Source: Chrysomallon squamiferum (lineage: Eukaryota; Animalia; Mollusca). Taken from it: a DNA stretch of 64,000 nucleotides. Under the pieces are notes generated by a model that made no database searches, was not told the DNA's origin, and worked only from the letters and a program-made list of their open reading frames with translations. The translations under genes were made by a program, and so were the position numbers. Below are positions 59,601-64,000 of the stretch, piece after piece. The stretch is from the NCBI GenBank assembly GCA_012295275.1, contig CM022672.1, forward strand, positions 22,444,001 to 22,508,000, in the 5' to 3' direction. Positions within the stretch are counted from its first letter, which is position 1; every line of letters starts with the position of its first letter.

Positions 59601-61652
59601 ACAAGGTCCATTTGTCAATTCTAGTGTAACATAGGGACAGAATTTCCCATTCCAACCTTAATGAGGTAAGTAAATAATTGTATGTGATGTTTTACCTTTG
59701 AACCAGGAATACCACGTGGTCCTCTTAATCCCATCTCACCAGGAGGTCCCTAAAAACAAATAATAAAACATTTTATTTTTTTTAATTTATAGTGAAACAT
59801 AACTGTCAAGTATATGCCTACTTTCTTTCTATTTAATTACAGATATTTTTTAAAATCTAAATAAACAAAAATTAATAAAAGTTCAAAAAAAAAAAATAAA
59901 AAAAGGAGTTATTATGCTGAATAATAATGGAATTTTTAACAGCATAATGGTAAATGGCAATTTAATTAATTATTAAAAACAAATTGATTGCAGAGATTTA
60001 GAAAATAGACTGAATTTTTGTTAAGAACTTACAATTGGTCCAGAAGGTCCTTGGATACCTACAGGTCCTTGAGGTCCTGGTGGACCCTGAAACAAAAGGT
60101 GAATGATGTAAAGAGGTGTTTAAACAATAATGTGATTATAACATTATAATGAAATGACTCATATTTCATCTGTCCACAAAACATTCATTATTAATATAAA
60201 TTTTAATTGTAGTCATCTACATCACTATTTTTAAAGTTGTTTCAGTATCATTCCTCACAGAGTCTTTAAAATAAAAATTAATTTAGCTGTGACTACATAT
60301 CCTTTATGTTTTGATAATTTTTAATCTTATTTTTCCCACTCTCTAGTTTCATTCACACTAAAAATAATGTTATTCGTCAGTTTTAAAAACAATTGTCTGT
60401 GGAACTATTACCTTATACGAGTGTTTGTAAGTCAACCTTTGCAATATGAAGAGTGTTTTTATATTAAAATAAATAAAAATATGAATACAGTAGATTAGAA
60501 ATATGCCAGTTTATATACAGTGCTCGAATAGAAAGAAGTTACTGGTCTTGCCAAATCATGATCATTAATTACCAATGGCATAAAATAAAATGGTATAGAC
60601 ACAGCAGTCAGGTGAATCAGCCTGGAAAATAATATTGTTTTGGGTCTTGTCCACTAAATATATGTTTATAAATTTTAAATTATATTTATTTCAATTTTAA
60701 ACAAATCAAATGAGAAACTTACCATGACTCCATGATCTCCTTTGAAACCTCTGAGACCTGGAGGACCAGGATCACCCTAAAATAGAAACAGTAAATGAAT
60801 CAAAACTGATACATCATTGTAGTTTATCACTGAATAATAATTTTAAAGAAAACCCTAAGGAAAGATGACTGAGATAAAAATATAAATAAATAAGAAAAAA
60901 ATCTTTTTTTGTTGCAAACACTATTTCATGATACCTTTAATGACATCTAGTAAGAATTTAAATGCATTTTAATCTATTTTTTTAATTATTTATCCACCAA
61001 AATAAATTAAATATATTTGAAGAAAACATACTTAGACCAATTTTTGATTAATTAATTAATTAGTTTTAAAATGAATTGAGTGGAACCTATGAAACTTTCC
61101 CTAAACAGCCTCTATTTTTTCTACTGATTAATTAATTATTGCAGTAATTTGTGAAAGAATTTCAAAAACTGAAAAAGCATAAAATAATATTTAAGTATCA
61201 TATATTTTTGATGATATTTATAAATAACATCTCCTTATTTATCTCGGAAAAGATCTTTTTAAGAATCAAAATGTTAAGATTTTAAAAATTAAAACAATTA
61301 TCACCTACAGTTAAAGTAACATACATGATAATACCATTTCTAAACTATTTTGTTTATACCTTATCTCCTTCAAATCCTGGTGGTCCCACTGGTCCAGCAG
61401 GTCCCCTGTATCCCTAAAAGAAAAATAAATTTCAGTGTTACAACAACAAAAAAACACAATAAAAAAACACCTTTATATTAATGTACATCGGAATCCAGGA
61501 ACATTAATGCTTTTTGTAAAACATCTTAAAAAGTATTTGTTTGGCTTGTATGGTTTAATTATTATTATTTCACATTCAGATTTAATAAAGCAATGTAAAA
61601 AATATATTCTTTAAGAAAGGACATGTTTTCAAAAGTGTTCAGAAGTAACTGA

Positions 61653-61685
<33 letters not shown>

Positions 61686-63585
61686 GTTCAAAGAATTTTA
61701 CAAATCTAGTATAAAATGTGAGAGCAGATCTTGTAAAAAACAAACACCTGTTTTTGTGATTTTTAAATATATAGTGTGAACCTCAGAGATTAAACACAGA
61801 CACACACTCACACAGGCTCTACAAAAAAGGCATCAAGATGGGCATAAATTTTACATAATAAACAAAAGTGAAAATTTAAGTTTTAATTTACTCACTGGTC
61901 CTCCCCTTGGTCCTGGTTGTCCTGGGGTACCTGGGACTCCTTCTATTCCCTGATAACAAAGAGAAATATTAATATTTTAATACAGTCAACTGAGTTAATT
62001 TTCAGTGTCAAATGAAAATATCTAAAAAAAAAAAAAAAAAAGTTATTAAGCATTTCTGTTGACATAGGCAAAAGAAATTAAAAAAATTAAAATATAGTTA
62101 CATGTTCTTCTTCATTATAATATGAAGCGTTTAGATTACTACAGCATACTTTTTTCTTTTCTTTTGCATTCGTTAAAAATTATTATGAAAAACATTTTTA
62201 CTGGATCTTATTTTTAAACTTCAGCTAACTGTAAAGCTCAAAACTTAGGTGACAGTAAAGTAAATTACAGTAATTTATGCTAAAACTATGCAATAAAAGT
62301 TCAAGTCAAAATAAAAACATATAAAAAGTGTTTGAAACTCACCATGTCTCCTTTTTTCTCCTCTCTTTCCCCTTGAGCCAGGAAGACCAGGAATACCCTG
62401 AAATAACAAACAGATTTTTCTTTACTTATCAGATTGTTCAGCAATAATATCAGGTAGAATTTCATCAGAATAAAACCTGCTGCTGTCTTTATATTTAATG
62501 AACAATTCACTACGGTCTTGCAGTACTGACAGTTTTACTACTGGATACGAATATTAATAATTAAATATAATTTATATTAAAAACTAATAAATTAAATATA
62601 AATAAATACATATATATGGTTAACTTGATCACTGATTTGCATAAATTATTAAATCATTAACAAAATTATCTAAATTAATCAGTAATGATCTGATTATTAA
62701 TAGTGTCGGATTGAGCCAATGACAAAAAATACTAAAACCTTGAGCTCTTAAATGATTATTAACCCTTAGGATCTCACTGACCTCTCCATTGTGACCATTA
62801 TCCAAATTCATTGTTTACTTCCAGTTTACAATCATTATTGATCTTTTTGCCATTATATACATCACATCCAAAGCTAAGTGTAACTATATATGTTCAAAAA
62901 TAACTTAACAAAAAACAAAATTAAAATGTTTATCAATTGCTGACCTGTGTTCCTGGTGGGCCAGCATTTCCTTGTTCACCTTGGGCACCTTTTTCTCCCT
63001 ACAAATAAAATATATATTACGTTTAAATCATTAAAATAGATATACAAGTATATAACACATAACATATACAGCATTTCACTGTTCACCTTGGGCACCTTTA
63101 TCTACCTATAGTCAAATAATATATTGCATTTAAATCATTAAATTAATATAACATATATAATGCAAAATAATAATTAAAAACATTAATTATAAGAAAATTT
63201 ATTGAATTTATTATACAAATTTATATGTAATTTCAAATGCTAAAGTAAATATTAAGCAATTACAGTCTCTTTAAGATCATTACAGATTAAATCAGTATTT
63301 TTAATTATTATGAAAATTAATAAAGTAACCTATTGTACAATACACAAAATCTGGAAAATTCGATTTAAAAAATAAATATTCTAAACATATTGAATTCTGA
63401 AAACATTCTAATTTTAAATAATATATATATATATATATGATTTCAAACTCAGAATGAATATTTATGTATATAGATAGATAGATAGTCAGACAGACAAACA
63501 GATAGATAGATAGTGAAAAAATAATTCTTACTGGTGGTCCAACTTCTCCTTTGCCACCTGGTGTCCCTGGAGAGCCTGGCGTACC
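48624..63585 (-). CDS. Fibrillar collagen alpha chain, clade B (type V/XI)-like: C-terminal part of the triple helix plus COLFI C-propeptide; 5' part lies beyond the window; two +1 frameshifts as assembled
   Basis: Gly-X-Y exons of 54/108 nt: 63532-63585, 62945-62998, 62343-62397 (55 nt), 61896-61949, 61360-61413, 60723-60776, 60033-60086, 59696-59749, 59056-59163, 58333-58386, 58042-58149, 57597-57704, 57202-57255, 56685-56738, 56073-56126, 55606-55713, 55151-55204, 54658-54711, 54097-54150, 53469-53576, 52908-52961; 36-nt exons 52620-52655 and 52414-52449. KGHRG cross-link motif present. COLFI exons 51608-51968 ([12 protein letters not shown]), 50701-50814 (WYWIDPN..GETC), 50098-50172, 49316-49537, 48624-48767 ([17 protein letters not shown]). 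Confidence 0.95.
50835..51200. repeat. Degenerate ~90-100 bp tandem repeat (about 4 units) in a collagen intron
   Basis: AACATAAAAYRTCTT..TATAT..AAATTCAGA..GAAAGTGAAAACAAAAAT recurs. Confidence 0.65.
52035..52265. repeat. Degenerate ~80-bp tandem repeat (3 units) in a collagen intron
   Basis: GAATATTTATTTAAA...TTTTTAATATTAATGATTATTATTAGTTGTT repeated three times. Confidence 0.65.
52718..52855. repeat. Interrupted (CA)n microsatellite
   Basis: Direct observation; gives HT-repeat spurious ORFs. Confidence 0.9.
63069..63142 (-). pseudogene. Decayed duplicate (pseudo-exon) of collagen exon 62945-62998 with its acceptor
   Basis: TAG|GTA GAT AAA GGT GCC CAA GGT GAA CAG TGA versus the true TAG|GGA GAA AAA GGT GCC CAA GGT GAA CAA GGA; flanking intron TTTAAATCATTAAA is also duplicated. 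Confidence 0.75.
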
Positions 63586-63951
63586 CTGGGAAATAAAAAT
63601 GTATGCAACATAAAACAACAAATAACTTATACATATTACATAAATATCAGCAAACTATACACTCAATAATAACAGACTGAAAAAAAAAAATGTCTCAGTG
63701 CTCTGAAAATAAATTATAACTGAAATTGTGATACGGTCTATATCTGACCACTTGCAGTTTTTGTGTCAATTTATCTACAGTTTAATATGATTTTTGTTCT
63801 TTTACAATTGTTTTAATTTTTGTGTTGGTATGATAAACTATTTTAGTTCAATGTGATTAAAAAAATTAAATAAATATATATATATTTTTTTTAAGTAAAC
63901 GTTATAGCTGTATGACAAAAATAATGCCATTAATACAGTTTTCTGTAAAAA

Positions 63952-63954
<3 letters not shown>

Positions 63955-63999
<45 letters not shown>
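63955..63999. repeat. (AC)n microsatellite at the window end
   Basis: About 22 units. Confidence 0.9.

Positions 64000-64000
<1 letters not shown>

Overview
AT-rich (~28% GC by eye), microsatellite-rich, intron-containing animal genomic DNA, most likely from a mollusc; the taxon is an inference from repeat remnants and gene sequences. I reconstructed five spliced genes by hand from GT-AG boundaries. (1) Minus strand, 11720 to <119: an unrecognised gene with at least 20 consecutive 27-81 nt phase-0 micro-exons encoding a Ser/Lys/Arg/Glu-rich disordered protein; its frame breaks at a TTT-TAA site. (2) Minus strand: a ~220 aa secreted Cys-rich protein with an LRR-cap-like pattern and an acidic DDYEYDD tail. 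(3) ATF6 (minus strand, 14 coding exons, ~622 aa). (4) Head-to-head with ATF6, a 23-exon M16 (HxxEH) metallopeptidase of the C05D11.1/SDD3-like group. (5) Tail-to-tail with that, the 3' half of a clade-B-like (type V/XI-like) fibrillar collagen with 54/108-nt exons and two +1 frameshifts. Also present: a Tigger/pogo remnant, probable SINE/MITE remnants, many microsatellites, and recurrent short tandem duplications that copy splice acceptors. Most ORFs in the supplied track are intronic or microsatellite noise. No rRNA, tRNA or CRISPR features were seen.
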